A stretch of 64,000 bases of DNA from an uncultured Actinomycetes bacterium (GCA_963706025.1 CAVPLM010000005.1:256001-320000); one strand, 5' to 3'; positions 1-10,589 are shown, numbered from the stretch's first letter. A program made the numbers and translations. Notes: generated by a model not told the origin, from the sequence alone.

Positions 1-1193
1 TGGCCATCAACAAGATGGACCTCCCCGATGCGAATCCAGACCTGGCAAAGAAGCAGCTGGCCGACGAGGGGCTGGTACCCGAGGCCTGGGGTGGGGACAC
101 CGTCATGGTGGAAGTGTCGGCCAAGCAGCGCACGAACCTGGAAGATCTTATGGACATGATCCTACTGGTGGCTGAGGTACAGGAACTCAAGGCCAATGCC
201 AAGGCTTCGGCTTCGGGCGTGGTCATCGAGGCCCAGTTGGATGTGGGAAGAGGGCCGGTGGCCACCGTACTGGTCCAACGCGGCACTCTGCAGATCGGCG
301 ATGCGGTGGTCAGCGGAGAGTCCTACGGCAAGGTCAAGGCCATGTTCGACTTCACCGGCAAGGCGCTTACAACGGCCGGACCTTCGGTCCCGGCCCAGAT
401 TCTGGGCTTCAACACTTTACCGGCAGCCGGCGATTTCGTGATGGTCGCGAAGGACGAACGCGAGGCCCGGCAGAAGGCGGAACACCGCACTTCTCGTCTG
501 CGGCAGGAGCAACTGGCCAAGAGCCGAGGCGGGGCCAGCTCCCTGGACGAGTTCTACCGCCGCCTCAAAGAAGGCCGGGTCAAGGAGCTTCCCCTGGTCA
601 TCAAGGGCGACGTGGGCGGTTCGGTGGAAGCCCTCGAAGAGGCGCTGCGTAACATCACTCATCCGGAAGTGAAGGTGGAAGTGGTATTCGCGGGCGTCGG
701 AGGTATCAACGAATCCGACATCATGCTGGCATCGGCTTCGAAGGCCGTGGTCATAGGTTTCAACGTGCGGCCCTCTACGGCAGCGAAGGCTCTGGCCGAA
801 CAGGAGCATGTGGACGTGCGCACCTACCGAGTGATCTACAAAGCCATCGAAGACGTAGAGGCTGCTTTGGTGGGGATGCTCGAACCGGAGCAGGTGGAGG
901 AGGAGTTGGGGACGGCGGAAGTGCGGCAGGTCTTCCACGCCTCCCGCATCGGGACCATCGCGGGGTGTTACGTACAGACCGGTAAGATCGTCCGCTCCGC
1001 GAAGATCCGCCTGGTGCGCGACGGGAGCATCGTCCACGAAGGCACCATCGGCTCGCTGAAGCGTTTCGCGGACGATGCCCGGGAGGTGTCGGCCGGGTAC
1101 GAATGCGGTCTCCACCTCGACGGTTTTGACGATGTGCACGAAGGTGACATCATCGAGGCGTACGAGATCAAGGAAGTTGCCCGTACTCAATAA
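1..1193 (+). CDS. infB: Translation initiation factor IF-2 (5' truncated by window)
   Basis: NKMD G4 motif, VSAK, IKGDVGGSVEAL, GFNVRP, LKRF..DAREV..GYECG; followed by DUF503-rbfA. Confidence 0.98.
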   Translation, partial: AINKMDLPDANPDLAKKQLADEGLVPEAWGGDTVMVEVSAKQRTNLEDLMDMILLVAEVQELKANAKASASGVVIEAQLDVGRGPVATVLVQRGTLQIGDAVVSGESYGKVKAMFDFTGKALTTAGPSVPAQILGFNTLPAAGDFVMVAKDEREARQKAEHRTSRLRQEQLAKSRGGASSLDEFYRRLKEGRVKELPLVIKGDVGGSVEALEEALRNITHPEVKVEVVFAGVGGINESDIMLASASKAVVIGFNVRPSTAAKALAEQEHVDVRTYRVIYKAIEDVEAALVGMLEPEQVEEELGTAEVRQVFHASRIGTIAGCYVQTGKIVRSAKIRLVRDGSIVHEGTIGSLKRFADDAREVSAGYECGLHLDGFDDVHEGDIIEAYEIKEVARTQ

Positions 1194-1494
1194 GAGCAGC
1201 AAGGGTTTCGTCGGCATCATCACGGCCGAGCTTTACTTCCCCGATAACGGCTCCCTCAAGGGCAAACGCATGTACCTGCGGCGGATCCGGGATCAGGTCA
1301 CCCGGCGTCACGGGGCTTCGTTCGCAGAGGTTGGCCATCAGGATCTATGGCAACGGTCGCGAGTGGTCATCGCCGTGGCTGCGTCGGACCTACAGGTGCT
1401 CGAGGGGACGCTGGATCGGTTGAGGACCTATCTGGACAGCCAGGAGTGGGTGCTCGCCTCGAGTGCCACCGAGGTGGTGGATGTAGATGCGTAA
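1177..1494 (+). CDS. DUF503 (YlxP) family protein; start uncertain
   Basis: SLKGKR and AEVGHQDLWQR motifs; conserved position between infB and rbfA. Confidence 0.88.
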   Translation: MPVLNKSSKGFVGIITAELYFPDNGSLKGKRMYLRRIRDQVTRRHGASFAEVGHQDLWQRSRVVIAVAASDLQVLEGTLDRLRTYLDSQEWVLASSATEVVDVDA

Positions 1495-1897
1495 CGTGAC
1501 TTCATACCGGATGCGCCGGATCAACGAGGCGCTCAAGGAGATCATCGGCACGGCCTTGACCCAGGAGCTCAAGGATCCGCGCATAGGTTTCGTGACTTTG
1601 ACCGGGGTCGATACCGCCCCCGATCTGTCTCACGCGAAAGTCTTCGTCTCTGTCTACGGGAAGCAGGTGGAGAAGGATTCCACCATGGAGGGACTGCGGG
1701 CCGCCCGCCCCTACCTGCAGCGCCTTATCAGCGACGAGTTGCACCTCAAGCGCACACCGACCCTGGAATTCGTGTACGACGCCACCGTAGACTACGGCAT
1801 GCGCATCCAAGCCATCCTCAAGTCAAGCGGTGCCGGTGAACTGCAGCCGGAGGATGAAGCGGTTCCTCCTGGGGCCGGATGCGAGGGCTTAGAATGA
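1487..1897 (+). CDS. rbfA: Ribosome-binding factor A
   Basis: KDPRIGFVTLTGV..DLSHAKVF, LKRTPTLEF. Confidence 0.97.
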   Translation: MRNVTSYRMRRINEALKEIIGTALTQELKDPRIGFVTLTGVDTAPDLSHAKVFVSVYGKQVEKDSTMEGLRAARPYLQRLISDELHLKRTPTLEFVYDATVDYGMRIQAILKSSGAGELQPEDEAVPPGAGCEGLE

Positions 1898-2955
1898 CCG
1901 GCCCCCCCGCGGCGCCGCGCGCGGCGACGGTCGCTGAACTGGCCGCCCGGTTGCCCACTGAGACCCGGATACTGGCGGTGTCTCACGAGGCTCCCGACGG
2001 CGACGCACTCGGGTGCGTTTCCGCTGTTCTCCTCATGGCCGAGCGGCTCGGTATCGATTGCCGAGGCTACATACCCGGTCAAACCGCCTTTCCTCCCGAG
2101 TATATGTTCCTGCCGCGGCTGGAACGGATCGAAAGGGGCTCTCCTCCCCCTCTAGAAGCTGGGACCACCGTCTATCTGCTCGACTGCGCCTCGCTGCTGC
2201 GCTCCAACTCGCATGGGTTCGAGGGAGACGTTGTGCGGGTCAACATCGACCACCATCAGGACAACCCCGGCTACGGAGAACTCAATCTGCTCGACGCTGC
2301 GGCCCCGTCGACCACCGCCGTCCTCCATCAGGTGTTCAAGGCCGGCGGTTTCCCAGTGGACGCGGAGGTGGCAACGGCGCTTTATGTGGGGCTGGTGACG
2401 GATACGGGGAGGTTCCAGTACTCGAACACCACCCCGGCTGCGCATCTCATGGCCGCGGAGCTTCAGGGGTACGGGGTGGACGTCCACCGGGTCTACCGAG
2501 AGCTGTACGAGAGCACGCCCCTTCCGAAACTGCTGTTGCTGGCGCGTGCGCTCGACCATCTCGAGGTGCGGCTGGGAGGTGACATGGTCGTGTCCTGGCT
2601 GGGGAACGACGATTTCGCGCGTGCGGGAGCAGGCGAGGGGCATGCAGAAGGGATCATCGATAACCTAAGGCAGGTCCAGGGGGCGCGGGCGGTGGCCCTT
2701 GTGAGGGAAAGAAGTGAAGAGGGCCGAGCGGAGAACAAGGTGAGTCTGCGCTCCACAGACGGGGGAGTGAATGTGGCGGCGATCGCGCAGAAACGGGGTG
2801 GGGGAGGACATGTGCAGGCGGCCGGCTTTTCCAGCGCCGACGACGTGATCGCGCTCCTCGAGTGGATCGAGGCTGAGGTCCGGGGTCAGATCCGGGGCGG
2901 GACCCCAGGTGGCAGCTCTGAGCACTGCGAAGGCCTCGATAGGAGCGATGCGTGA
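1894..2955 (+). CDS. nrnA: DHH/DHHA1 family oligoribonuclease/PAP phosphatase
   Basis: SHEAPDGDALG, NIDHH, TDTGRF, GGGGHVQAAG motifs; ATGA overlap with rbfA stop. Confidence 0.92.
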   Translation: MTGPPAAPRAATVAELAARLPTETRILAVSHEAPDGDALGCVSAVLLMAERLGIDCRGYIPGQTAFPPEYMFLPRLERIERGSPPPLEAGTTVYLLDCASLLRSNSHGFEGDVVRVNIDHHQDNPGYGELNLLDAAAPSTTAVLHQVFKAGGFPVDAEVATALYVGLVTDTGRFQYSNTTPAAHLMAAELQGYGVDVHRVYRELYESTPLPKLLLLARALDHLEVRLGGDMVVSWLGNDDFARAGAGEGHAEGIIDNLRQVQGARAVALVRERSEEGRAENKVSLRSTDGGVNVAAIAQKRGGGGHVQAAGFSSADDVIALLEWIEAEVRGQIRGGTPGGSSEHCEGLDRSDA

Positions 2956-3836
2956 CCGAGGGGCCCTCGGACCTTTCCCGTGTGGTGCTGGTCGACAAGC
3001 CGGTCGGCCCCACCAGTTTCGAGATGGTGCGCGCCGCCCGCCGGGGCGTGCGGGCGCGCGTCGGTCATGCCGGCACCCTGGACCCTTTCGCGAGCGGCCT
3101 GCTGCTGGTGATGATAGGCCACGCTACCCGTGTCTCCGCCCTGCTTATGGAGCTGCCCAAAGAATACGAAGCCACCGTGCAGTTCGGGGCGGTGTCGACC
3201 ACGGCCGATCCTACCGGGGTCATCGTGCCCACCAGCGGTCGCGTCGAGGCGGGTCAGGTGGCAGAGGCACTGGACCGTTTCCGGGGCCGTATCCGCCAGC
3301 GGGTGCCTCTGACCTCCGCGGTGAAAGTGAACGGCGAGCCTCTGTACCGTAGGGCTCACCGGGGGGAGACGGCCGAGACTCCCGAACGGGAGGTGATGAT
3401 CTACGACCTCGTCATGACGGGGTTCGACGAGCAGGCGCAGACCGCCCAACTCGTCGCCCTCACCGGTAAGGGCACCTATGTGCGGAAGCTGGTGGAAGAC
3501 CTGGGATCGGCCACCGGAGTGGGTGCATATGCCGCGGCGCTCCGTCGGACCCGCGTCGGAGGTTTCAGAGTCGACCAGGCTCTCAGACCCGACGAGCTGG
3601 CGCCGGCGCGCTACGCGGCCGGCGGCCAAGGGGTCCTCACCTTGGACGAAGCCCTCGACTTCCTTCCCCGATACGAGGTGAGCGGGCGCGAAGCCTGTTT
3701 GGCGGCCAACGGCAATGAACTGAGCGGGGCGCCCATCGGGCGGTTCCGCGTTTGCGGGCCGGCGGGTCTGGTAGGGGTCTATGAGGGCCGCGGCGGGGCA
3801 GCGCGTCCTTTGGTGATCTTTCCGAAACCCCTGTGA
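2952..3836 (+). CDS. truB: tRNA pseudouridine(55) synthase
   Basis: VDKP.G.TS, GHAGTLDPFASG, SAVKVNG, GTYVR. Confidence 0.96.
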   Translation: MTEGPSDLSRVVLVDKPVGPTSFEMVRAARRGVRARVGHAGTLDPFASGLLLVMIGHATRVSALLMELPKEYEATVQFGAVSTTADPTGVIVPTSGRVEAGQVAEALDRFRGRIRQRVPLTSAVKVNGEPLYRRAHRGETAETPEREVMIYDLVMTGFDEQAQTAQLVALTGKGTYVRKLVEDLGSATGVGAYAAALRRTRVGGFRVDQALRPDELAPARYAAGGQGVLTLDEALDFLPRYEVSGREACLAANGNELSGAPIGRFRVCGPAGLVGVYEGRGGAARPLVIFPKPL

Positions 3837-4786
3837 GCATGCGCGTCTATAACTCCCTGAATGAGGTCGAAGAGGCGTCAGGGCGCAACCGGATCGTGGC
3901 CATCGGAGTCTTCGACGGCGTCCATCGCGGGCACAGGCGGATCCTGGACAAGACGGTAGAGAAGGCCCGCCAGAGCGGCGCCCTTTCGGCGGCGGTCACC
4001 TTCTACCCACATCCGGAAGGGGTCCTTCATCCCCGATCGGCGCCGCGGATGCTGACCTCGCTGGAGCGCAAGGCCTCGCTTCTGGAAGCCCTGGGCTTGG
4101 ATGAACTCGTGGTGGTGAAGTTCGACCTGGAGTTCGCCCGACTCTCACCGGAAGCCTTCTGCCGTCTGGTACTCTCCGATCGACTGGGTGCTCGTGTGGT
4201 CCTGGTGGGAGATAATTTCCGCTTCGGCTACCGGGGTGCCGGCACCGCCGCCGACCTGCGCGACTTCGGCGACGCCCATGATTTCGAGTTTGTTTCCGTG
4301 GCTCTCGCTGTGGAAGACGGGGAGCCTGTCTCGAGCACTCGTATCCGCAGGTTGATCCGTGCCGGGCACGTGGTCGAAGCCTCCCGCCTTCTCGGTCGCC
4401 CCCACCGGCTGCAGGGAACGGTGGTGAAAGGAGCGGGCCGGGGCCGGACCCTCGATGCTCCGACCGCCAACCTGGAAGTAACCGCGGGGATGGCTCTGCC
4501 CGCTATGGGGGTCTATGTGACGCGGTCTTTCGTGGATGGGTCCGTGGCCGGTCCCTCGGTCACCAGTCTGGGGACTAATCCCACGTTCGAGAGCGATAGG
4601 AAGATACGTGTAGAGACTCTGCTTCTCGAGCAGGGCGGCAACCTTTACGGCCGCAGTCTGGAGGTGGATCTCTTGGAGCGCATCCGCGGTCAGCGGGCTT
4701 TTCCCGACGCGGCCTCTCTCGCCACGCGCATCAGACGGGACTCCGAGTTTGCCCGTGGTTACTTCGAGACCTGCCGCGAGCCCTGA
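3833..4786 (+). CDS. ribF: Bifunctional riboflavin kinase/FAD synthetase
   Basis: GVFDGVHRGH, VSSTRIR, PTANL, GTNPT. Confidence 0.96.
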   Translation: MSMRVYNSLNEVEEASGRNRIVAIGVFDGVHRGHRRILDKTVEKARQSGALSAAVTFYPHPEGVLHPRSAPRMLTSLERKASLLEALGLDELVVVKFDLEFARLSPEAFCRLVLSDRLGARVVLVGDNFRFGYRGAGTAADLRDFGDAHDFEFVSVALAVEDGEPVSSTRIRRLIRAGHVVEASRLLGRPHRLQGTVVKGAGRGRTLDAPTANLEVTAGMALPAMGVYVTRSFVDGSVAGPSVTSLGTNPTFESDRKIRVETLLLEQGGNLYGRSLEVDLLERIRGQRAFPDAASLATRIRRDSEFARGYFETCREP

Positions 4787-5017
4787 ACCGGCCGGCCGAT
4801 ACAGCCTCGCGCCTTCCGGCCCGAAGTCTGAGATGATGTACGAGGTGCCGGGTCGGCACCGGGGTCGTTTCACCGCCGAACTCGTGTCGGAAAGCAGATG
4901 TTCCGTTTGCCTCGGTTCTGGGCATCTGGAGCCAGCGCCCCGGTCGGATTCGCGCCCTTGGGCGCCGGGTCTCGTTTGTCGAGCGGCCGCCCGCGCGTCG
5001 ATCAAGGAGGAGGGAAG

Positions 5018-6646
5018 ATGTCATCGCTGAAGTCCCGGAAGGCTAAATCTCGGATGGCACGCGGAACAGTCTCAGCGACCTCTGTGAGTCTGGCCATCGT
5101 GACGGTGGCACTTCTGGCCATCTGGATGCTTGCATCACCGGCGGCCGCTCATGCGGCCCCGGAATACAGAAGCTTGAGCGGTGCCGACCGATACGAGACG
5201 GCCATCATGGTCTCTCAAGCGGGTTTCGGTGCGGGAGTGGGTGCGGTGGTGCTCGCGACCGGGGAGAACTATCCCGATGCTCTCAGCGCGGCCCCTCTCG
5301 CGGCCGCCTACGGGGGGCCGGTGCTGCTGACTCACTCGAACGAATTCGACGAGGAGACACGGGCTGAAGTGGCCCGGCTGCAGCCGGCCAAGATCTTCGT
5401 GGTGGGGCTCGAGGCGGTCGTGGTCGATCAAGTCACGGCCGCCTTCCCGGATCTGGCCGCGGCGCCGGAGGGTATCGTAGTCCTCACCGGGCTCGACCGC
5501 TATGACACGGCTCGCTTGGTGGCCGAACAGGTGGAAGCTCGGCTGGGGACAGTGTCGGGCGTGGTCTTCGCCCGCGGAGACTCGTTCGCGGACGCCCTTT
5601 CGGTGGCGCCGCTGGCGGCCGTGAAAGGATGGCCCATTCTCCTCATCGCCGAAAACGGCCCGCTTCCCGACGCGACCATGCAGGGGCTGGTCTCTTTGGA
5701 GGTCTTGGAAGGACTCGTGGTAGGCACGTATGTCGATCCGGGCATCCCCGGGTTCACGCTCACCCGGATCGTAGGCAGCGATCGCTACGACACTTCCGCC
5801 AAGATCGCCGAGTACTCCTTGACGCAGGGCCTGAGCTATGCCCATGTGGCGATGGTGACCGGGGACAACTTCCCCGACGCGTTGGCCGCGGGGCCCTTCG
5901 TGGCGCTGGATGCGGGGATTGTCCTCCTGACCCAGTCGAAGAGCGTGCCCGCGCCGGTCTCGTCTCTGCTCTTGTCCCGGGCGGAAGAAGTGGGGCGGGT
6001 CGACTTCATCGGCTTGGTCCCGGCGGTCGCGAGCCAGGTCAAGCTGATCCTCTCGGTCACCGGCCTGCCCGACGGTCTCACGTTCTCCACGCTGAGCCAG
6101 GGCTCCTCGGGAGCGGATGTCCTGTGGTTGGAGCAGAGACTCACCGACCTGACCTACCGGCCCGGCTCCGTCGACGGGGTCTTTGACAAACGCACCTACC
6201 AGGCGGTGCTCGCCTTCGAGAAATGGGAGGGTCTGGCCCGGGATGGGGTGGTGGGAGCAAAGGTCTGGCCGCGGCTTCTGAGCGCCGTCTCGCCTTCGCC
6301 GAGCAGGAGCGGGTCCGGCACCTGGCTGGAGGTCAATAAGGCGAAGCAGGTGCTTCTCTACGTTCAGGACGGCATAGTCGTGAGGACGCTTCCCGTCTCG
6401 ACGGGCAATCCCAGCGTGGGCATAACCACCCCCAGTGGCACCTTCAGTATCACACGGAAGTCGCCGAGGTGGGACGGCCCTCGCTACAAGCCCCTGTACA
6501 TCCGTAGCTACGGCGTCCTGGCCATCCACGGCTACCCCTCGGTGCCACCCTGGTCGGCCAGCCACGGCTGCATAAGGGTGCCTTTGTGGGACATGGACGA
6601 GTTCTTCCCCTTGATCGCCGTGGGGACGAAAGTGCACGTGTACTAG
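5018..6646 (+). CDS. Secreted L,D-transpeptidase: signal peptide + 3x cell-wall-binding repeat 2 + PG-binding domain + YkuD catalytic domain
   Basis: RBS AAGGAGGAGG before ATG 5018; three G.DRY.T / (Y/F)(P/A)DAL...P.LL-type repeats; QGSSGADV..VDGVF..DGVVG PG_binding_1; AIHG...SHGCIRV YkuD motif. Confidence 0.88.
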   Translation: MSSLKSRKAKSRMARGTVSATSVSLAIVTVALLAIWMLASPAAAHAAPEYRSLSGADRYETAIMVSQAGFGAGVGAVVLATGENYPDALSAAPLAAAYGGPVLLTHSNEFDEETRAEVARLQPAKIFVVGLEAVVVDQVTAAFPDLAAAPEGIVVLTGLDRYDTARLVAEQVEARLGTVSGVVFARGDSFADALSVAPLAAVKGWPILLIAENGPLPDATMQGLVSLEVLEGLVVGTYVDPGIPGFTLTRIVGSDRYDTSAKIAEYSLTQGLSYAHVAMVTGDNFPDALAAGPFVALDAGIVLLTQSKSVPAPVSSLLLSRAEEVGRVDFIGLVPAVASQVKLILSVTGLPDGLTFSTLSQGSSGADVLWLEQRLTDLTYRPGSVDGVFDKRTYQAVLAFEKWEGLARDGVVGAKVWPRLLSAVSPSPSRSGSGTWLEVNKAKQVLLYVQDGIVVRTLPVSTGNPSVGITTPSGTFSITRKSPRWDGPRYKPLYIRSYGVLAIHGYPSVPPWSASHGCIRVPLWDMDEFFPLIAVGTKVHVY

Positions 6647-6751
6647 CCTGGGTGCGGCTGCCCGCAACAGGCCTCAGGTTTCCCCCTGTGGTAACCTACA
6701 TCACCGCTCCGGGCGCGTTCCGCCCGGGGGCGGGGTGCACCCGTGTGCGCC

Positions 6752-6823
6752 GGCATTGAAACCTGCATCTCGGCTTGGACCGCAGCGTCCCCGCTGGGAG
6801 CAAGGAGCCCAAGGAGGCCATGC
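6752..6823 (+). promoter_or_regulatory. Candidate S15 (rpsO) autoregulatory leader structure
   Basis: CTTGG/CCAAG stem enclosing CAGCG-TCCC-CGCTG hairpin and abutting RBS AAGGAGG; rpsO leaders are known S15-binding RNAs; family not verified. Confidence 0.4.
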
Positions 6824-7090
6824 ATGCTGAGCAAAGACCGCAAGACCGAGATCATCGACCGGTTCAAGAAGCACGACGTGGACACGGGGTCCCCGGAGGT
6901 GCAGATAGGCATCCTCACCGAGCGGATCAACGTGCTCACCGAGCATCTCAAGACCCATTCCAAGGATCACCATTCCCGCCGCGGCCTGCTCAAGATGGTT
7001 GGCCATCGGCGGCGCCTTCTCACCTACCTGCAGAAGCAGGATGTGGAGCGTTATCGGACGGTGGTCAAGGATCTGGGCCTACGTAGGTAG
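6824..7090 (+). CDS. rpsO: 30S ribosomal protein S15
   Basis: [30 protein letters not shown]. Confidence 0.99.
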   Translation: MLSKDRKTEIIDRFKKHDVDTGSPEVQIGILTERINVLTEHLKTHSKDHHSRRGLLKMVGHRRRLLTYLQKQDVERYRTVVKDLGLRR

Positions 7091-7183
7091 TTCAGCGGCG
7101 GTCGGCCGGGAGAAGTGGCGGAGAAGTAGGCAACGGACGGAAGCGGAGGACCCAGGATAGGTCCTCGGACGGGAGAGAAAACA

Positions 7184-9310
7184 GTGGTCAGTGGAGTGAG
7201 TAGGACAGAAGTAGGGCTGGGCGACAAGAAGATCAGCTTCGAGACGGGCAGGTTGGCGAAGCAGGCGAGTGGGGCCGTCGTGGTGCGCTCGGGCGACACC
7301 ATGGTGTTGGTCACGGCGGTCGTGGCGGCCAGCGAGCGGAACGTGGATTTCTTCCCCTTGACGGTTGACGTGGAAGCGGGGATGTACGCTGCCGGGAAGA
7401 TCCCCGGGGGGTTCATCAAGAAGGAAGGCCGCCCCAGCGATCAGGCCATCCTGAACGCGCGGCTCATCGACAGACCTATCAGGCCCCTTTGGCCCAAGGG
7501 CTTCAACAAAGAGACGCATATCGTGGCCACCGTCCTCTCGGTCGACAAGACGAATCCCTACGACGTCCTGGCGCTTGCGGGTGCCTCGGCGGCGCTGAGC
7601 CTTTCGGAAGCGCCGTTCTTGGGCCCGGTGGGCGCGGTGCGGGTCGCCAAGGTCGACGGTTCCTGGGTGGTCAACCCGACGTACGAGGAGATCGACCAGA
7701 GCCCGGTGAACCTGGTGGTGGCCGGGACGAGCGAGGCCATCAGCATGGTCGAAGCGGGCTGCGACGAAGTCGACGAGGCCGACATCATCGCCGGACTCGA
7801 GGTTGCCCACGAGGCCATCAAGAAAGAGGTGGAGGTTATCCGCTCTTGGGCCGCCGAAGTGGGCGCGCCGAAGATGGAGTTCGCCGAGAAGCTGCCGGAC
7901 CGCCTCCTCATGGACAAGATCAAGGCCCGTTTCGCCGGCGAGATCGACCAAGCCAGCAACGTGCTGGACAAGCACGAGCGCGCCAACGCGGTGGCGACGG
8001 TCAAGCGGGAGGTACTGGAAGCCTTCGCGCCCGGCGAGGACTCCGAGGACCCCGGAAACGAGACGGCTCAGCTTGCCAAGGCCTTCGATGCCGTGGAGAA
8101 AGAGACCGTTCGCAGGGTCATCGCCGTCGACAAGAAGCGCCCCGACGGCCGCGGCGTGGACGAGATCCGAGAGATCTCCTGCGACATCCGAGTGGCTCCG
8201 CGCACCCACGGCTCTGGTCTGTTCACCAGGGGTCAAACGCAGGTGCTCACGTTGCTCACCTTGGGGGCGGCCCGGGACGAGCAACGTGTCGACGGCCTCG
8301 ACGTCGAGGAGTCCAAACGCTTCATGCACCACTACAAGTTCCCGCCCTTCAGCGTGGGCGAGACCGGCTTCATGCGCGGTCCCGGCCGGCGTGAGATCGG
8401 CCACGGGGCTTTGGCGGAGCGGGCGCTCTTCCCGCTGATCCCCGATGAGGAAGCCTTCCCTTATACCATTCGCCTGGTCTCCGAGACCTTGGAGTCCAAT
8501 GGTTCCAGCTCCATGGCCAGTGTGTGCGCTTCCACCCTGGCGCTGATGGATGCCGGTGTGCCGATCGCCCGACCGGTGGCCGGTATCGCCATGGGTCTCA
8601 TCAAAGAGAAGGAAGACTACGTCGTGCTCACCGACATCGCCGGGGTGGAGGATCACCTGGGCGACATGGATTTCAAGGTGGCCGGTACCGTCAAGGGCAT
8701 CACCGCTCTGCAGATGGACATCAAGATCACAGGGGTGACGTTCGCCATCATGCGGGACGCGTTGGAGCGCGCCCGCAAGGCCCGGCTGTTCATCCTTGAC
8801 AAGATCACCGAGACCATCAGCTCCCCGCGCGCCGAACTGTCCGACTTCGCTCCCCGCATAGCCACCATCCGCATCGATCCCGAGAAGATCGGAGCGGTCA
8901 TCGGCAAGGGCGGAGAGACCATCCGCGGCATGGAGGCGGAGTTCGAGTGCACCATCGACGTGGCTGAGGACGGCTTGGTCAAAGTCTTCGCCACCGACGG
9001 CAAGCTCGGGGACGCCTGCATCGAGCGCATCGGCCTGCTGACGCGCGAGACCCAGGCGGGAGACATCGTCGAGGGCCGGGTGGCTTCGACCACCTCGTTC
9101 GGCGCCTTCGTGACTCTCAAGCCGGGCACCGACGGACTCGTCCACATCTCCCGCCTCGCCGATCACCGGGTGGGGACCGTGGAAGAGGTGGTCAACCGCG
9201 GCGATCTGGTGCGGGTGGAAGTCCTGGAAGTGCAGATGCAGGGCGGCAAGGAAAAGATCAGCCTGCGCCTGCTCGAGAACCTGTCCAAGAAGGAAGGCAG
9301 TGTCGACTGA
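7184..9310 (+). CDS. pnp: Polyribonucleotide nucleotidyltransferase (PNPase)
   Basis: FFPLTVD, RLIDRPIRP, SNGSSSMASVC, LGDMDFK, KH (IGKGG) and S1 domains. Confidence 0.98.
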   Translation: MVSGVSRTEVGLGDKKISFETGRLAKQASGAVVVRSGDTMVLVTAVVAASERNVDFFPLTVDVEAGMYAAGKIPGGFIKKEGRPSDQAILNARLIDRPIRPLWPKGFNKETHIVATVLSVDKTNPYDVLALAGASAALSLSEAPFLGPVGAVRVAKVDGSWVVNPTYEEIDQSPVNLVVAGTSEAISMVEAGCDEVDEADIIAGLEVAHEAIKKEVEVIRSWAAEVGAPKMEFAEKLPDRLLMDKIKARFAGEIDQASNVLDKHERANAVATVKREVLEAFAPGEDSEDPGNETAQLAKAFDAVEKETVRRVIAVDKKRPDGRGVDEIREISCDIRVAPRTHGSGLFTRGQTQVLTLLTLGAARDEQRVDGLDVEESKRFMHHYKFPPFSVGETGFMRGPGRREIGHGALAERALFPLIPDEEAFPYTIRLVSETLESNGSSSMASVCASTLALMDAGVPIARPVAGIAMGLIKEKEDYVVLTDIAGVEDHLGDMDFKVAGTVKGITALQMDIKITGVTFAIMRDALERARKARLFILDKITETISSPRAELSDFAPRIATIRIDPEKIGAVIGKGGETIRGMEAEFECTIDVAEDGLVKVFATDGKLGDACIERIGLLTRETQAGDIVEGRVASTTSFGAFVTLKPGTDGLVHISRLADHRVGTVEEVVNRGDLVRVEVLEVQMQGGKEKISLRLLENLSKKEGSVD

Positions 9311-10589
9311 CGAGTATCGTCTGGAGCAACTCCCCAACGGCCAGCGGCTGATAACCGAGAAGCTCGACCACCTGAGGTCGGTGTGTCTGGGCTTCTGGAT
9401 CCCGGCCGGGTCGCGGGATGAGCCCGCGCCGCTCGTAGGGGCCACCCATTTCATAGAGCATCTCCTCTTCAAGGGTTCGTCGAAGTTCACGGCGGAAGAG
9501 ATCGCCCAGATCTTCGATACCCTCGGGGGGGAGCTGAACGCCAGCACTTCTCGGGAATACGTGGTCGTTTACGGGCGCTTTCTCGACGATCAGCTTCCCG
9601 TGGCGTTGGATGTCATGACCGACATGCTCCTCACCCCGACCTTCACCGATCTCGATCGGGAAAGGGAGGTGGTACTGGAGGAGATCGCCATGGTGGAGGA
9701 CTCGCCCCAGGATCTCATCCACGACGTCCTCGCCGAGGTGGTGCTCGACGGGCATCCGTTGGCCCACCCCATCCTCGGCACCCGAGAGAGCATCGCCGGC
9801 GCCTCCGAGGAAGATATCCGCGGCTATCATCGAGATCTCTTCCAGTTCAGCGACATGGTCGTGGCGGCCGCCGGCAACATCGAACACGACAGTCTGAGGG
9901 CCCTGCTGGTGGAACGTCAGGCCGAATCCAAGGGCAACAACCCCCAGCGCGAACCTGCGCTCCCACGGATGATCCCGCGCCGTCATTTCTTGAGCAAGGA
10001 GACGGAGCAGATGCACGTCTGCCTGGGGGGCATCGGGCTGGCGCGGGACGACGAGCGCCGATTCGTCCTCTCGGTGCTCGACAGTCTGTTCGGGGGGTCG
10101 CTCAGCTCCCGGCTGTTCCAGGAAGTGCGGGAGAAGCGCGGTCTGGTATACAGCGTCTACTCGTTCTCGACCATGTATAAAGAGACGGGGCTCAGCGGTC
10201 TCTATTTCGGCTGCCGGCCCGAGCGCCTCGAGGCCGTCATGGAGACCGTGGGCCGCGAACTCACTCGTCTGGTCACGGAGCCTGTCCCCGCGGATGAACT
10301 GCAGCGGGCCAAGGAGCATCTCAAGGGCCGCATGATCCTGGGCCTGGAGAGCACTTCGAGCCGCATGACCAGACTGGGCAAAGGAGTGGTCACCGAGACC
10401 GAGATCCTCTCGCTCGACGAACTGGCCCAGCACATCGAAGATGTCACCAGCGACCAGGTCCTGGAGTTGGCGGCCGAGGTGTACCGGCCGGCGGCGCTTT
10501 CAGTGGTGGGCATCGGAGCCGACGAGAGCCAGTTCGCAAGCGCAGTGCCCGAGGATTGCCTGGCCGGCCTGGTCCAGGGGGAGAAGTGA
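9300..10589 (+). CDS. M16 family zinc peptidase
   Basis: HFIEH (HxxEH) motif, SSRLFQEVREKRGLVYSV; usual position after pnp. Confidence 0.95.
   Translation: MSTDEYRLEQLPNGQRLITEKLDHLRSVCLGFWIPAGSRDEPAPLVGATHFIEHLLFKGSSKFTAEEIAQIFDTLGGELNASTSREYVVVYGRFLDDQLPVALDVMTDMLLTPTFTDLDREREVVLEEIAMVEDSPQDLIHDVLAEVVLDGHPLAHPILGTRESIAGASEEDIRGYHRDLFQFSDMVVAAAGNIEHDSLRALLVERQAESKGNNPQREPALPRMIPRRHFLSKETEQMHVCLGGIGLARDDERRFVLSVLDSLFGGSLSSRLFQEVREKRGLVYSVYSFSTMYKETGLSGLYFGCRPERLEAVMETVGRELTRLVTEPVPADELQRAKEHLKGRMILGLESTSSRMTRLGKGVVTETEILSLDELAQHIEDVTSDQVLELAAEVYRPAALSVVGIGADESQFASAVPEDCLAGLVQGEK

Noticed and set aside
4787-5017. c-di-AMP riboswitch or sigma-28 promoter upstream of the L,D-transpeptidase
   Set aside because: ydaO motifs are absent, and GCCGATAC has no TAAA at the proper spacing.
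7079-9547. Long antisense ORFs (822 aa opposite pnp; also 5135-6667, 17829-19319, 51039-52724 and others)
   Set aside because: Shadow ORFs of high-GC coding regions with no recognisable motifs, fully overlapping conserved genes.
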